A stretch of DNA of 64,000 nucleotides from Rhodospirillaceae bacterium (GCA_018701215.1 JABIWH010000044.1:4674-68673), one strand, 5' to 3'. Shown: positions 20,739-32,031, counted from the stretch's first letter. Made by a program: numbers and translations. The notes: generated by a model not told the origin, from the letters alone.

Positions 20739-20932
20739 AACCCGCGAAATCGTATTCGTCAAAGCGGCGAAACGAGACGGACGATATTATGCGGCCTCTC
20801 CTAGGAAGCGTCAACGAAGCCCATAAACACGGGGTGCGCAAAACAAACTATTGACCCGCACGGGTGGCGGCGGTGATACATAATCAGGGGTATGTTTGGG
20901 ACGGCAATAGTCGAAACGCGAGGCGAGAGACG

Positions 20933-22159
20933 ATGGACCTAACCGATCGCGCGGAGCATGGGGCCTTTCGCGGGGAAGTGCGCCAGTTCCTGGACCAGAA
21001 CAAGCATCTGGCACCGGACGTATCCTCTTTCACGCTCCGTATGCGACCGCGCAAATTGAGTGAGGACGTGCGCGATTGGCAGGGCCTGCTGGTCGACCGC
21101 GGCCTGACCTCGCGCACCATTCCCAAGGCTTATGGCGGTTTCGGCGCCGAACCGGATATCTTGAAATCGCGGATCATCGCGGATGAATTTTTCGCCGCCG
21201 ATACCGTCCAGGGCCTACGCAACATGAGCATTTCCATGCTTGTGCCGACCATGCTGGAGCATGGCACGGAGGCACAGAAACAGCGCTATATCGAGCCCTC
21301 CATCCGCAGCCAATTGGTTTGGTGCCAGGGCTATTCCGAACCCAATGCCGGCTCTGATCTGGCATCTCTGCAAACCGCCGCCACCGAGGACGGCGATGAT
21401 TTCATCATCAACGGGCAGAAAATCTGGACCTCGGGCGCGCATGTCGCGGATATGATGTTCTGCCTGGTACGTACCGAGCCGGACGCACCGAAACACGAAG
21501 GCATCAGCTATATCGTCTTTCCCATGGACACGCCGGGCATCGAAGTCCGGCCCTTGATGAACATGACCGGCGCGCCGGCCTTTAACGAAGTCTTTTTCAC
21601 CGACGTGCGGGTGCCCCAGGCCAATGTGGTCGGCCAACGCGGCCAGGGCTGGCAGGTGGCCAACAGTACCCTGAAGCATGAACGCGGCCTGCTGGGCGAT
21701 GCCAACCGCTCCCTCGACAGCCTGTTGCGGGTCGGCAAACTGCTGCAAAATGAAAGCCTGGATGGCCGGCCCCTGATCGAAAACCCGTTGTTCCGCGACC
21801 GCTACATTCGCCTGCAGGCGCGGACACAGGCCATGCGCCTGCACGAAATGCGCCTGATCTCCGATAGCGTTAAAGGCAAGCCACGCTCCCTGGGCGATAT
21901 GGTGGTGAAGTTGCTGGGCTGCGAGTTGAACCACCAACTGGACGGCCTGGGCGTCGATATCCTGGGCGAGATCGGCGTGCTGTACGATGAAAGCTCCATG
22001 TTGCGCGACGGCGGCGCCTGGCAGGCCAATTTCATGTTTGATCTGGGCCTGATTATCGGCGGCGGCACGGCGCAAATCCAAAAGAACATCATTTCAGAGC
22101 GGGGTCTGGGCATGCCCCGAGAACCTAAAGTGGCCGAACCAAAAGTAGCTGGCGCGTAG
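20933..22159 (+). CDS. Acyl-CoA dehydrogenase family protein (large subunit-like)
   Basis: ACAD fold (WCQGYSEPNAGSDLASL, FIINGQKIWTSGA). Start set at MDLTDRAEHG; the longest ORF starts at 20864. Confidence 0.88.
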   Translation: MDLTDRAEHGAFRGEVRQFLDQNKHLAPDVSSFTLRMRPRKLSEDVRDWQGLLVDRGLTSRTIPKAYGGFGAEPDILKSRIIADEFFAADTVQGLRNMSISMLVPTMLEHGTEAQKQRYIEPSIRSQLVWCQGYSEPNAGSDLASLQTAATEDGDDFIINGQKIWTSGAHVADMMFCLVRTEPDAPKHEGISYIVFPMDTPGIEVRPLMNMTGAPAFNEVFFTDVRVPQANVVGQRGQGWQVANSTLKHERGLLGDANRSLDSLLRVGKLLQNESLDGRPLIENPLFRDRYIRLQARTQAMRLHEMRLISDSVKGKPRSLGDMVVKLLGCELNHQLDGLGVDILGEIGVLYDESSMLRDGGAWQANFMFDLGLIIGGGTAQIQKNIISERGLGMPREPKVAEPKVAGA

Positions 22160-22171
22160 GAGGCTGTAGAG

Positions 22172-23257
22172 ATGGATTTCGGGCTTTCGGAAGAACAGGA
22201 ACTAATCCGCGACAGCTTTCAGGGCAGTCTTTCGCGCATCTCGGAACTGGACACGGTGCGCCAAACGGCGGAGGCCGGCGCGCCCATGGACGAGAGCATC
22301 TGGGCCGAGCTGTGCGCCCTGGGCATGGCCGGCTTGATGATAGCGGAGGAATTCGGCGGCGCCGGCCTGGGCCTGCTGGAGGCCGCCGTGGTGGCCGAGG
22401 AACTTGGCCGCCGCGTGACACCGGTACCGTTCGTGGCCAGCGCCGTGATGGCACCCCTGGCGATCCGCCTGGGCGGTAGCGAGGAACAATGCCGGGAATG
22501 GCTGCCGGCAATGGCCGATGGCTCGGTTCGCGTCGGCGTCGCGGTCTCTGAAACCGCAGCCGGTGCCCGCGAGAATGCCGGTGTGACGGCAGAGAACGGC
22601 GTTTTGAGCGGACGGGCATTGTTCGTTTTGGATGGCGCCGGCGCCAATGGCTATGTGGTCGCCGATACATCCGGCGGCCTGCATCTGGTCCGGGCCGACG
22701 CCGCCGGTTTGGACAATGTCGCTTTGAAAACCATCGACCGGACCCGTGCGGTCTGCGAGCTGAACTTTGAAAATACCCCCGCCGACCCCTTACGCCACGG
22801 CGAGGACGTCCTGCAAACGGTGATCGATGCGGGCCGGGTGGTCCTGGCCGCCGACAGCTTGGGCGCGGGCGAGGAAATGCTGCGCCAGGCCGTCGACTAT
22901 GCCGCCGAGCGCAAACAGTTTGGCCGCGTCATCGCCTCATTTCAGGCGGTCAAACACATGTGCGCCGAAATGGCGGCGGAGTTGCAGCCCTGCCGCGGCC
23001 TGATCTGGCATGCCGCCTATGTCATGGCGCAGGAACCCGAGGCGCTATCACTGGCGGCGGCCTTCGCCAAATCCCATACGGACGAGGTTGGCCGTTTCGT
23101 CGCCCGCACCGCCACGGAGGTACATGGCGGCATGGGTTTCACCGACCTGATGGGCCTGCATTACTGGTTCAAACGCCTGGGCGTAAATCGCGCCTACCTA
23201 GGCAGCCCCGAACGCGTCCGCGCCGAGGCCGCCCGTTTGCAGGGGTTTGCCGCATAG
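22172..23257 (+). CDS. Acyl-CoA dehydrogenase family protein (small subunit-like)
   Basis: 361 aa with an ACAD C-terminal domain (RKQFGRVIASFQAVKHMCAEM). Starts 12 nt after the upstream ACAD. Confidence 0.85.
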   Translation: MDFGLSEEQELIRDSFQGSLSRISELDTVRQTAEAGAPMDESIWAELCALGMAGLMIAEEFGGAGLGLLEAAVVAEELGRRVTPVPFVASAVMAPLAIRLGGSEEQCREWLPAMADGSVRVGVAVSETAAGARENAGVTAENGVLSGRALFVLDGAGANGYVVADTSGGLHLVRADAAGLDNVALKTIDRTRAVCELNFENTPADPLRHGEDVLQTVIDAGRVVLAADSLGAGEEMLRQAVDYAAERKQFGRVIASFQAVKHMCAEMAAELQPCRGLIWHAAYVMAQEPEALSLAAAFAKSHTDEVGRFVARTATEVHGGMGFTDLMGLHYWFKRLGVNRAYLGSPERVRAEAARLQGFAA

Positions 23258-23330
23258 AGCGGGACTGGGACGAGAAGATTGGCTGCAGATTACCGCCAGC
23301 CGCCGCTTGACACCCATCGCTGTTGCACCT

Positions 23331-23365
23331 AAAAACCGCCGCGACCCAGGTGCGCGCGGTTTATT
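23331..23365 (+). terminator. Candidate terminator after the ACAD pair
   Basis: AAAAACCGCCGCG-loop-CGCGCGGTTTATT, flanked by A and T runs, so possibly bidirectional. Confidence 0.5.
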
Positions 23366-23436
23366 CATGCGCGGCCCTGTTTTGCGTGAAATTTTGACAA
23401 CCTTTTTTGCCATTCAAGTGGAGCGTTCACAGCGCC

Positions 23437-24837
23437 ATGTTTGATAGCCTTACAGACCGGTTAGGATCGGTTTTCGACAAGCTTACCCGGCGCGGCGCGC
23501 TGAGTGAGGGGGATGTCGATGCGGCCCTGCGCGAAGTGCGCCAAGCGCTGCTGGAGGCTGACGTCGCCCTGCCCGTGGCCCGTGACTTCATCGCCCAGGT
23601 GCGCGAACGCGCGGTTGGCGAAGAAGTTGTCAAATCGGTCACGCCGGGCCAGATGGTGGTCAAAATCGTCAACGACGCCCTGGTCGAAACCCTGGGCAGC
23701 GAGGCGGTCGAGATTAATCTGAACGCGGTGCCGCCGGCACCGATCATGATGGTCGGCCTGCAGGGTTCGGGTAAAACGACTTCCACCGCCAAGTTGGCCA
23801 AACGGTTGGTGGAGCGGGACAAGAAAAAGGTCATGATGGCCTCGCTCGATACCCGCCGTCCCGCCGCGATGGAACAGCTGAAGATCCTGGGCGAACAGAT
23901 CGACGTGCCGACCCTGCCTATCGTGGAGGGACAGAACCCGGTCGATATCGCCAAGCGCGCCATGCAATCGGCGCGCCTGCAGGGTTTCGATATTATCCTG
24001 CTGGATACCGCCGGGCGCATGCATGTGGACGAGGCCCTGATGGCCGAGGTTCAGGCGGTGCACGGCGTGGCGCAGCCGGTGGAAACCCTGCTGGTGGCCG
24101 ACAGCCTGACCGGCCAGGACGCGGTCAATGTGGCCGAGCAATTCAATAAACGCCTGGGCCTAACCGGCATCGTGCTGACACGGGTCGATGGCGACGGCCG
24201 CGGCGGCGCGGCGCTGTCTATGCGCGCGGTCACCGGCTGCCCGATCAAACTGCTGGGCGTCGGTGAAAAGCTGGACGAGCTGGAAACCTTTCATCCCGAC
24301 CGCATCGCATCGCGCATTCTCGGCATGGGCGACGTTGTCTCCTTGGTCGAAAAAGCCACCGAGAACATTGACGAGGCGGAAGCGGAGAAGCTGGCCAAAA
24401 AGGTGCAAAAGGGTCAGTTCGACATGAACGACCTGTTGGACCAGCTGCGGCAGATTTCCAAGATGGGCGGCCTGGACGGCCTGATGGCCATGCTGCCCGG
24501 CGTCGGCAAGATGAAAAAGCAGATGGCCGAAGCCAATATCGATCCCAAGCTGATCAAGCGTCAGGAAGCCATCATCCTGTCCATGACCACGCAGGAACGC
24601 ACGACGCCGAAATTGATCCATGCCTCCCGCAAGAAGCGTATCGCGGCAGGCTCCGGCACCTCGGTGCAGGAAGTGAACAAGCTGTTGAAGCAATTCAAAC
24701 AGATGTCGGGGATGATGAAAAAAGTCTCCAAGATGGGCAAAAAAGGCATGATGCGCGGCGGCTTGTCGAACCTCATGGGCGGGGGGCAAATGCCGCAGAT
24801 GCCGGGCATGCCCGGGGGTCAGTTGCCGCCACGGTAA
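23437..24837 (+). CDS. ffh: Signal recognition particle protein Ffh
   Basis: MFDSLTDRLGSVFDKL, GLQGSGKTT, DTAGR, TRVDGD and a Met-rich M domain. The longest ORF starts at 23407. Confidence 0.96.
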   Translation: MFDSLTDRLGSVFDKLTRRGALSEGDVDAALREVRQALLEADVALPVARDFIAQVRERAVGEEVVKSVTPGQMVVKIVNDALVETLGSEAVEINLNAVPPAPIMMVGLQGSGKTTSTAKLAKRLVERDKKKVMMASLDTRRPAAMEQLKILGEQIDVPTLPIVEGQNPVDIAKRAMQSARLQGFDIILLDTAGRMHVDEALMAEVQAVHGVAQPVETLLVADSLTGQDAVNVAEQFNKRLGLTGIVLTRVDGDGRGGAALSMRAVTGCPIKLLGVGEKLDELETFHPDRIASRILGMGDVVSLVEKATENIDEAEAEKLAKKVQKGQFDMNDLLDQLRQISKMGGLDGLMAMLPGVGKMKKQMAEANIDPKLIKRQEAIILSMTTQERTTPKLIHASRKKRIAAGSGTSVQEVNKLLKQFKQMSGMMKKVSKMGKKGMMRGGLSNLMGGGQMPQMPGMPGGQLPPR

Positions 24838-24894
24838 ATTTATTCGAATAGCGTACGACGAAATTAGAGCTTAGTTGGAAATAGGAACACACGA

Positions 24895-25302
24895 ATGTCA
24901 TTGAAAATCAGACTGGCCCGCGGCGGGGCAAAAAAGCGGCCGCATTATCGCATTGTGGTGGCGGACAGCCGCATGCCCCGTGACGGCCGTTATATTGAGC
25001 GCCTGGGCACCTATGATCCCCTGCTTGCCAAGGACGACGACAAGCGCGTCGATCTGAAGGAAGAGCGCATCCGCTATTGGCTGAGCCAGGGCGCTAAACC
25101 CACCGACCGGGTCGCGACTTTCCTGGGCAAGGCCGAAATCACGGCGATGCCCGCGCAACGCAGCAACCCGGAAAAGGCCAAGCCCAAGGCCAAGGCTCAG
25201 GAACGCCTGGCCGCGGCGGCGGAAGCAGCGGAAGCCGCCAGTGCGGCAGCCAATGCCCCGGCCGAGGAAGCCCCGGCGGAAGAGGCTCCGGCGGAAGCTT
25301 AA
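24895..25302 (+). CDS. rpsP: 30S ribosomal protein S16 with Ala/Glu/Pro-rich C-terminal tail
   Basis: [26 protein letters not shown]... Confidence 0.95.
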   Translation: MSLKIRLARGGAKKRPHYRIVVADSRMPRDGRYIERLGTYDPLLAKDDDKRVDLKEERIRYWLSQGAKPTDRVATFLGKAEITAMPAQRSNPEKAKPKAKAQERLAAAAEAAEAASAAANAPAEEAPAEEAPAEA

Positions 25303-25341
25303 GCGGCAGCTTGAGTATTTGGCCGGATCAGGTGCCGTTCG

Positions 25342-25914
25342 ATGCCCGATGAACGCCTGCTATTGGGTGAGATCGTTGCGGCGCACGGCATCAAGGGTCT
25401 GGTCAAGATCCGCAGCTTTACGCAAACGCCGGAAGATATCCTGGCCTACGGCGCGCTGCGGGATGAAGCTGGAAAGGTGGTCGAACTGGCCCTGAAGGGG
25501 CCGACCAAGGGCGGTCTTCTGGCGGCGGTTTCGGGGACGCATGACCGTAATGGAGCGGAAGCGCTGAAGGGCACCAGGCTTTACGTGGAGCGTGGTGTCT
25601 TGCCGGAACTGCCGGCGCGGGAAGAGGAATTCTATTACGCCGACCTGATTGGCTTGGCGGTGGAATTGGCGGACGGCACGGCCTTTGGCGAAGTTAAGGC
25701 GGTGCATGATTTCGGTGCCGGCGATTTGCTGGAGCTGCAACCGCTGAATTCCGGTGGTGGCGCGCCAAAAACGGTACCGGAAACGATTTTGGTGCCGTTC
25801 GATCGCGAAACGGTGCCGGAGATTGATCTGGTCAACAGACGCCTGGTGTTCGTGGCGCCTGTTGAAGATGACGGTGGCGAAGATGCCGGTGACGAAGATG
25901 ACTGGGCGTGTTGA
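25342..25914 (+). CDS. rimM: 16S rRNA processing protein RimM
   Basis: [20 protein letters not shown] plus a PRC barrel; conserved position between rpsP and trmD. Confidence 0.9.
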   Translation: MPDERLLLGEIVAAHGIKGLVKIRSFTQTPEDILAYGALRDEAGKVVELALKGPTKGGLLAAVSGTHDRNGAEALKGTRLYVERGVLPELPAREEEFYYADLIGLAVELADGTAFGEVKAVHDFGAGDLLELQPLNSGGGAPKTVPETILVPFDRETVPEIDLVNRRLVFVAPVEDDGGEDAGDEDDWAC

Positions 25915-26653
25915 AGGCAAATTTTGGTCGGCAACCGTCCTGACCCTGTTTCCGGAGATGTTTCCCGGTCCCTTGGGTCAAAGTCTAGCTGGAAAAGCCC
26001 TGAAAAATGGGATTTGGCGGCTGGAAACGGTGGACATTCGTGACTTTGCGCGCGATAAACACCGCTCCGTGGACGATGCCCCCTTTGGCGGCGGCCCGGG
26101 AATGGTTATGCGGCCCGATATTTTGGCCGCCGCGGTGGATCATGTGCGTTCCGGGCAAGCTTCGGAAGGCTCGGCCCCGGGTGGCGAAAAGAAGGTGATA
26201 TATCTAAGCCCGCGCGGGCGCCGGTTGGATCAGGCGATGGCGCGGGAGTTGGCGGAGCAGAACGGCGTTATCCTGCTTTGCGGGCGTTTCGAAGGGGTCG
26301 ATCAACGGGCCCTGGACGGACGCGGGATAGAAGAAGTTAGCGTCGGCGACTTTGTGCTGTCGGGGGGAGAGACGGCGGCACTGGTGTTGTTGGACGCGGT
26401 TGTTAGGTTGCTGCCGGGTGTTATCGGCGACAGGGCGGCGTTGGAAGAAGAGAGTTTTGCCCACGGGTTATTGGAATATTCCCAATATACCCGGCCCCAG
26501 GTTTGGGAAGGGCAAGAGGTGCCGGACGTCTTGACGTCCGGCCACCACGAGAACATTCGGGCCTGGCGTAAGGCGCAGGCAGAGGAATTGACCAAGGAGC
26601 GGCGGCCGGACCTGTGGGAACGGTATCTTCGCTCCGCTAAATCGCGAGGCTAG
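25898..26653 (+). CDS. trmD: tRNA (guanine37-N1)-methyltransferase
   Basis: [18 protein letters not shown]..., [25 protein letters not shown]. Start chosen at ATG 25898, overlapping the rimM end. The longest ORF (25754) would lie inside rimM. Confidence 0.93.
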   Translation: MTGRVEGKFWSATVLTLFPEMFPGPLGQSLAGKALKNGIWRLETVDIRDFARDKHRSVDDAPFGGGPGMVMRPDILAAAVDHVRSGQASEGSAPGGEKKVIYLSPRGRRLDQAMARELAEQNGVILLCGRFEGVDQRALDGRGIEEVSVGDFVLSGGETAALVLLDAVVRLLPGVIGDRAALEEESFAHGLLEYSQYTRPQVWEGQEVPDVLTSGHHENIRAWRKAQAEELTKERRPDLWERYLRSAKSRG

Positions 26654-26657
26654 TGCG

Positions 26658-27101
26658 ATGAATTTGTTGCAGAAGTTTGAAGACCGCCAATTGCAGGCAC
26701 GGAAGTCGGACTATGAAGTGCCGGATTTTGCCCCGGGCGACAGCGTCCGCGTCAACGTCAAGGTGATCGAAGGCACGCGGGAGCGGGTGCAGGCCTTTGA
26801 AGGCGTCTGCATCGCGATCAAGCAGGCCGGGATCAATTCCTCCTTCACCATACGGAAAATTTCCTATGGCGAGGGTGTGGAGCGGGTCTTTCCCATGCAT
26901 TCGCCGCGCATCGATTCCATCGATGTGGTGCGCAAGGGCCGGGTTCGCCGGGCCAAGCTGTATTACCTGCGCGGCCTGACGGGCAAACGCGCCCGCATCG
27001 CCGAAAAGCAGGATCATCGCCGTGTTACCCGCGCCAAGGGCGAAAGCAAGAACAAGAATAAGACGGCGGCGGCGCCTGAAGCGGCTTCTGGCGCCGAATA
27101 A
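26658..27101 (+). CDS. rplS: 50S ribosomal protein L19
   Basis: [31 protein letters not shown]... Confidence 0.95.
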   Translation: MNLLQKFEDRQLQARKSDYEVPDFAPGDSVRVNVKVIEGTRERVQAFEGVCIAIKQAGINSSFTIRKISYGEGVERVFPMHSPRIDSIDVVRKGRVRRAKLYYLRGLTGKRARIAEKQDHRRVTRAKGESKNKNKTAAAPEAASGAE

Positions 27102-27187
27102 GTTTTCCAACCAAGGTGATGCGGCAAATCGGCCGCGCCTTGTTTTACGGGCGGACTTGAATTCGGTGGCGCCCATGTCTGAAAGGA

Positions 27188-28615
27188 TTGGGCGGTATGG
27201 CTGCTGATAGTTCGGGTGCGAAAACCCTCTACGACAAAATCTGGGACGCCCATCTGGTTGACGAGCAGGATGACGGCACCTGCGTCATCTATGTCGATCG
27301 GCATCTGGTGCACGAAGTCACCTCTCCCCAGGCCTTCGAAGGGCTGCGCACCGCCGGGCGCAAGGTCCATCGCCGGGACGCCACTCTGGCCGTGGCCGAT
27401 CACAACGTCCCCACCAAGGACCGTGATCTGGGCATTGATAATCCGGAAAGCAAGTTGCAGGTCGATACCCTGGTCAAGAACGTCGAAGATTTCGACGTGC
27501 CGTATTTTCCCGTCGATGACCCGCGCCAAGGCGTGGTCCATATCATCGGGCCGGAACAAGGCTTTACCCAACCGGGCATGACCATCGTTTGCGGCGACAG
27601 CCATACCGCCACCCATGGCGCCTTTGGCGCGCTGGCGTTCGGCATTGGCACTTCCGAGGTCGAACATGTGCTGGCCACCCAGACCCTGATCCAGCAGCCG
27701 TCGAAGAATATGCGCATTGACGTCAACGGCGATTTACCCGTCGGCTGCACGGGCAAGGATCTGATCCTGGCCATCATCCGCAAGATCGGCACCGCCGGCG
27801 GCACGGGCTGCGTCGTGGAGTATACCGGCGACGCCATCCGGGCACTGTCGATGGAAGGCCGCATGACGGTCTGCAACATGTCGATCGAAGGCGGCGCCCG
27901 CGCCGGCCTGATCGCCGCCGATGAAGTCACCTTCGAATATATGAAGGGCCGGGCCCTGGGCCCCAAGACCGGACAGTATGAAGCGGCGGTGGCGTATTGG
28001 AAAACCTTCCACACCGATCCGGGCGCCAAGTTCGACATTGATGTGTCCTTGGATGTCTCGCAATTGGTGCCGCAGGTGACCTGGGGCACCAGTCCCGAGA
28101 ACGTCGCCGACATTACCGCCACCGTGCCCATGTTGGAGCAGGCCCGCGACGACGACCAACGCGCCGCCTGGGAACGTTCGCTGGAATATATGGATCTGAA
28201 GCCCGGCACGCCGATGGCGGAATTGAGCATAGACAAAGCCTTTATCGGCTCCTGCACCAATGGTCGGATCGAGGATATCCGAGCCGCCGCCGCCGTTGCC
28301 AAAGGGCGCAAGGTCGCCGCCGGCGTGCAGGCCCTGGTGGTGCCCGGCTCTGGCCTGGTCAAGCATCAGGCCGAGGAAGAGGGCCTGGACAAAATTTTGA
28401 TCGAGGCCGGCTTTGAATGGCGCGATGCGGGCTGTTCCATGTGCCTGGCCATGAATGCCGACCGCTTGGAACCGGGAGAGCGTTGCGCCTCTACCTCGAA
28501 CCGAAATTTTGAAGGCCGTCAGGGTTTTGGCGGGCGCACCCATCTGGTCAGCCCGGCCATGGCCGCCGCCGCCGCCATCGCCGGTCATCTGACCGACGTG
28601 CGCGAGATGCTGTAG
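27188..28615 (+). CDS. leuC: 3-isopropylmalate dehydratase large subunit
   Basis: [45 protein letters not shown]. The start may be M4 at 27197. Confidence 0.96.
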   Translation: MGGMAADSSGAKTLYDKIWDAHLVDEQDDGTCVIYVDRHLVHEVTSPQAFEGLRTAGRKVHRRDATLAVADHNVPTKDRDLGIDNPESKLQVDTLVKNVEDFDVPYFPVDDPRQGVVHIIGPEQGFTQPGMTIVCGDSHTATHGAFGALAFGIGTSEVEHVLATQTLIQQPSKNMRIDVNGDLPVGCTGKDLILAIIRKIGTAGGTGCVVEYTGDAIRALSMEGRMTVCNMSIEGGARAGLIAADEVTFEYMKGRALGPKTGQYEAAVAYWKTFHTDPGAKFDIDVSLDVSQLVPQVTWGTSPENVADITATVPMLEQARDDDQRAAWERSLEYMDLKPGTPMAELSIDKAFIGSCTNGRIEDIRAAAAVAKGRKVAAGVQALVVPGSGLVKHQAEEEGLDKILIEAGFEWRDAGCSMCLAMNADRLEPGERCASTSNRNFEGRQGFGGRTHLVSPAMAAAAAIAGHLTDVREML

Positions 28616-28636
28616 AGCAGGGAAGGATTAGGAAAA

Positions 28637-29260
28637 ATGGAAAAATTCACCAAGGTCAGCGGTGTCGCAGCCCCCATGCGCGGTATCAACATCGACACCG
28701 ACAAGATCATTCCCAAGCAGTACCTGAAAACCATTGAGCGGGCCGGTCTGGGCAAGCACCTGTTCGCCGAAATGCGTTACAACGAAGACGGCAGCGAGAA
28801 AGAGGATTTCGTCCTCAACAAGCCGGCCTATCGGAATGCACAGGTTTTGGTGGCGGGCGATAATTTCGGCTGTGGCTCGTCACGCGAGCATGCGCCGTGG
28901 GCAATCAAGGATTTCGGCATCCGCTGCGTGATCTCAACTTCCTTTGCCGACATTTTCTACAACAACTGCTTCAAGAACGGCGTCCTGCCCATCAAGGTTA
29001 CGCCGGAGCAGTTGGAGCTGTTGCTTGATGATGCGGCCCGGGGCGCCAACGCCACCCTGACGGTGGATCTGGAAAAGCAGGAAATCACCGGTCCCGATGG
29101 CGGCACCATCAATTTCGAGATGGATCCCTTTAGAAAACAATGTCTGCTGGAAGGTCTGGACGATATCGGCCTGACCCTGCAGCGCAAGGGCCGCATCGAC
29201 GACTACGAAGAAAAACAAAAGGCCGGGCAACCCTGGCTGTACGGCGCGGCCGCGGAATAA
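28637..29260 (+). CDS. leuD: 3-isopropylmalate dehydratase small subunit
   Basis: [16 protein letters not shown]. Confidence 0.95.
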   Translation: MEKFTKVSGVAAPMRGINIDTDKIIPKQYLKTIERAGLGKHLFAEMRYNEDGSEKEDFVLNKPAYRNAQVLVAGDNFGCGSSREHAPWAIKDFGIRCVISTSFADIFYNNCFKNGVLPIKVTPEQLELLLDDAARGANATLTVDLEKQEITGPDGGTINFEMDPFRKQCLLEGLDDIGLTLQRKGRIDDYEEKQKAGQPWLYGAAAE

Positions 29261-29319
29261 GAATTGCCGCCAGATCAAATTCCTTTCTGTTCATGAGATT
29301 TAACGAGCGAGCGTAAACA

Positions 29320-30432
29320 ATGGCTTCAAACAAAAATCTGCTCATCCTGCCCGGCGACGGCATTGGCCCGGAAGTCATGCGGGAAGTGCGCCACATCATC
29401 GACTGGATGGACAAGCGCCGGGCGGTAACCTTTGATATTTCAGAAGGCCGGGTCGGCGGCAGCGCCATTGACGCCGACGGCACGCCCCTGACGGACGAGA
29501 CCATGGCGGATGCCATGGCGGCGGACGCGGTCCTGCTGGGCGCGGTGGGCGGCCCGAAATGGGACGATCTGCCGTTCGAGATGAAGCCGGAGCGGGGCCT
29601 GTTGCGCCTGCGCAAGGAAATGGATCTGTTCGCCAACCTGCGGCCGGCGATTTGCTTCGACGCCCTGGTTGACGCTTCCACCCTGAAGCCGGACGTGGTC
29701 TCGGGCCTGGATATCCTGATCATCCGGGAATTGACCGGTGGGCTGTATTTCGGCGAGCCGCGCGGTATCGAGACCCTACCCGACGGCCAGCGCCGGGGCT
29801 TCAATACGCAAACCTACACCACCTCGGAAATTCGCCGGGTTGGCGTCATCGCGTTCGAGCTGGCGCGCAAGCGCGGTAACAAGGTCTGCTCTGTGGAGAA
29901 AGCCAACGTCATGGAATCCGGTGTGCTGTGGCGTGATGAGATGACCAAGTTAGGCGCGGAGTCCTTCGCGGATGTTGAATTGAGCCATATGTACGCCGAC
30001 AACTGTTCCATGCAGCTGGTGCGCGAGCCGAAGCAGTTCGACGTTATCGTCACGGACAATATGTTTGGCGACATGCTGTCGGACACGGCTGCGATGTTGA
30101 CCGGTTCCCTGGGCATGCTGCCCTCGGCCTCGCTGGGCGCGGTGGATGCCACGGGCAACCGCAAGGCATTGTACGAGCCGGTCCACGGCAGCGCGCCTGA
30201 TATTGCCGGCAAGGAACTGGCCAACCCGATCGCGACCTTGTTGAGCTTCGCGATGAACCTGCGTTATTCCTTTGATCTAGGCGAGGATGCCGATTTGATC
30301 GAGCAGGCGGTGGAGAATGTTCTGGCCGGCGGCCTGCGCACGGCGGATATCATGCAGCCGGGCAAGGCCAAGGTCTCGACCTCGGTGATGGGCGAAAGCC
30401 TGATCCGTGAATTGGATAAATTGTCGGCATAA
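29320..30432 (+). CDS. leuB: 3-isopropylmalate dehydrogenase
   Basis: [38 protein letters not shown]. Confidence 0.96.
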   Translation: MASNKNLLILPGDGIGPEVMREVRHIIDWMDKRRAVTFDISEGRVGGSAIDADGTPLTDETMADAMAADAVLLGAVGGPKWDDLPFEMKPERGLLRLRKEMDLFANLRPAICFDALVDASTLKPDVVSGLDILIIRELTGGLYFGEPRGIETLPDGQRRGFNTQTYTTSEIRRVGVIAFELARKRGNKVCSVEKANVMESGVLWRDEMTKLGAESFADVELSHMYADNCSMQLVREPKQFDVIVTDNMFGDMLSDTAAMLTGSLGMLPSASLGAVDATGNRKALYEPVHGSAPDIAGKELANPIATLLSFAMNLRYSFDLGEDADLIEQAVENVLAGGLRTADIMQPGKAKVSTSVMGESLIRELDKLSA

Positions 30433-30492
30433 GTTGTTTTCCGGTGCGTCGGTTGTTGACCCAACCGGCGCCGGCGCTATTATGCCGGCCGG

Positions 30493-30578
30493 GCCCCTGT
30501 GGCGGAATTGGCAGACGCGACAGATTCAAAATCTGTTGTCCTTAGGACGTCCCCGTTCGAGTCGGGGCAGGGGCACCA
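30493..30578 (+). tRNA. tRNA-Leu (anticodon CAA)
   Basis: Acceptor GCCCCTG/CAGGGGC, anticodon loop UU-CAA-AA, long variable arm (GTCC/GGAC), T-loop TTCGAGT, encoded CCA. Confidence 0.92.
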
Positions 30579-30596
30579 ACAAATTCCCGATATTCT

Positions 30597-30630
30597 TAGG
30601 GCGTTAGCAGACACAGCTGCTAACGCCCTA
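30597..30630. terminator. Perfect 14-bp hairpin between tRNA-Leu and the convergent PrpD-family gene
   Basis: TAGGGCGTTAGCAG-acacag-CTGCTAACGCCCTA. No clear U-tract, so its role as a terminator is uncertain. Confidence 0.4.
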
Positions 30631-30676
30631 CTTATTACAGTCGACGGGTAAGCAAGGGGTATGCACGGCGCGCAGA

Positions 30677-32023
30677 TTAGCCCGCCATATTGGCCAGGGC
30701 CATTATCTCGCCGGCATCCTCGGCACCGTCGAGGGACCAAACAGCCTCGGCAATGGCGCCGACATCACGGTTAAAGCCACGATAGGCGGCAAGCTCGGCG
30801 AGCTTTTCTTCCAATTCCGCGTCGGTCATGGGGTTCAGCGGCCCGCCTTTGGCGGCGGTAATTTCAATATCGTGGGATCGCCCTTGCTGGGTACGCACAA
30901 GCATCCGCACGGTTTCAAGCGCGCGCCCGGCGTCATCGATGAATTTCACGTTCGGCCGGATGCCATCGCCCAGGGTTTCGGCGGCCGCTGCATCATTGAA
31001 CTCCATCAGGCCGGCCTTGCCTCGGCGCAATGCGATGGCAATGGCATGTTGCGCACTGACTTGCGACAACCGCCCCGTTGCCGCCTCCGCCCGGTCGGCG
31101 CGTTGACGCAACAACGGATGTCCGGTCAGCTCAACTTCCGCGACGTCTTCGCTACGCAGCCCTGCCTCCCGGTGCAACTGGATGCAGGCCTCGATCACAG
31201 GGTGCAGCACAATCGCCGCCGGATACGGCTTGTAGGTATTCTTGGCGATCTCCCAATCTTCGCCAAGCCCATCGGTCAATCTGTTCACTGTCGGTTGATC
31301 GGAGAAAACCGAGAGAAAACCACGCTCACCCGCCAATGGGTCCGCCGGCCCGGAAAAATTATTCTCTGCCAGCAGGGCCGAAAGGATGCCGTTGCGCGCG
31401 GCATTACCAACAGAGATGCTTTTCGACATGGTGCCCAGGGTTTCGACCAGACCCGAGGCCTGCGCGGCGGCGTTGCCGATGGACCAGGCATGTTGTTCCT
31501 GGCTTAGCCCCAGCAGCACACCAATACCTGCCGCGGCGCCGAAGACACCGCAGGTCGAGGTAATATGCCAGCCGCGCGCGTAGTGCGACGGCGATACCGC
31601 ATTGCCAATGCGGCACTCGATCTCGCCGCCAAGCACAAAGGCCCGCAACAGCGATGCGCCTGTACAGCGCTGTCTCTCGGCATGGGCAAACAGGGCCGGC
31701 GCGATGGGCGCCGTTGGATGGATCACCGTCTCTTGATGGGTATCGTCATAGTCAAAAACGTTTGCGCTGATCGCATTCAGGTAGGCGGCCAGGGGCATAT
31801 CCACCCGCTCCGCCCGCCCGATGATCCGGCAATCAGCCGCGCCCGCGAACGGCGCCAACACGGCCAGGCTGGTCGCCACCGCCGCCTCGCCGCTGCCGGC
31901 GATCGCCGTGGCGAAATAATTCAACAGCGAACGCTTGGCCTCGTGCCGCACGTGGGCGGGAATGTCGTCCCATTGGGTTTGCGCCGCGAAGGCCGCGATC
32001 TTCGACGTTGCGGCCGCGCTCAA
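30677..32023 (-). CDS. MmgE/PrpD-family protein (2-methylcitrate dehydratase-like)
   Basis: PrpD-fold length and an N-terminal segment matching the usual family start (AAFAAQTQWDDIPAHVRHEAKRSLLNYFATAIAG). I prefer the TTG start at 32023, with GAGG 6 nt upstream. The longest ORF (ATG 32131) would overlap the upstream NIPSNAP gene by 100 nt. Confidence 0.8.
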   Translation of the reverse strand: MSAAATSKIAAFAAQTQWDDIPAHVRHEAKRSLLNYFATAIAGSGEAAVATSLAVLAPFAGAADCRIIGRAERVDMPLAAYLNAISANVFDYDDTHQETVIHPTAPIAPALFAHAERQRCTGASLLRAFVLGGEIECRIGNAVSPSHYARGWHITSTCGVFGAAAGIGVLLGLSQEQHAWSIGNAAAQASGLVETLGTMSKSISVGNAARNGILSALLAENNFSGPADPLAGERGFLSVFSDQPTVNRLTDGLGEDWEIAKNTYKPYPAAIVLHPVIEACIQLHREAGLRSEDVAEVELTGHPLLRQRADRAEAATGRLSQVSAQHAIAIALRRGKAGLMEFNDAAAAETLGDGIRPNVKFIDDAGRALETVRMLVRTQQGRSHDIEITAAKGGPLNPMTDAELEEKLAELAAYRGFNRDVGAIAEAVWSLDGAEDAGEIMALANMAG

Positions 32024-32031
32024 TTGATGCC

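Noticed and set aside
20508-20854. 84-aa and 106-aa ORFs inside the MITE-like palindrome
   Set aside because: They overlap each other on opposite strands, span the inverted repeats, lack ribosome-binding sites and have a non-coding-like composition.
25754-25897. N-terminal extension of trmD (longest ORF)
   Set aside because: The extension lies entirely inside the rimM coding frame region and is Arg/Trp/Cys-rich. The conserved TrmD sequence begins after ATG 25898.
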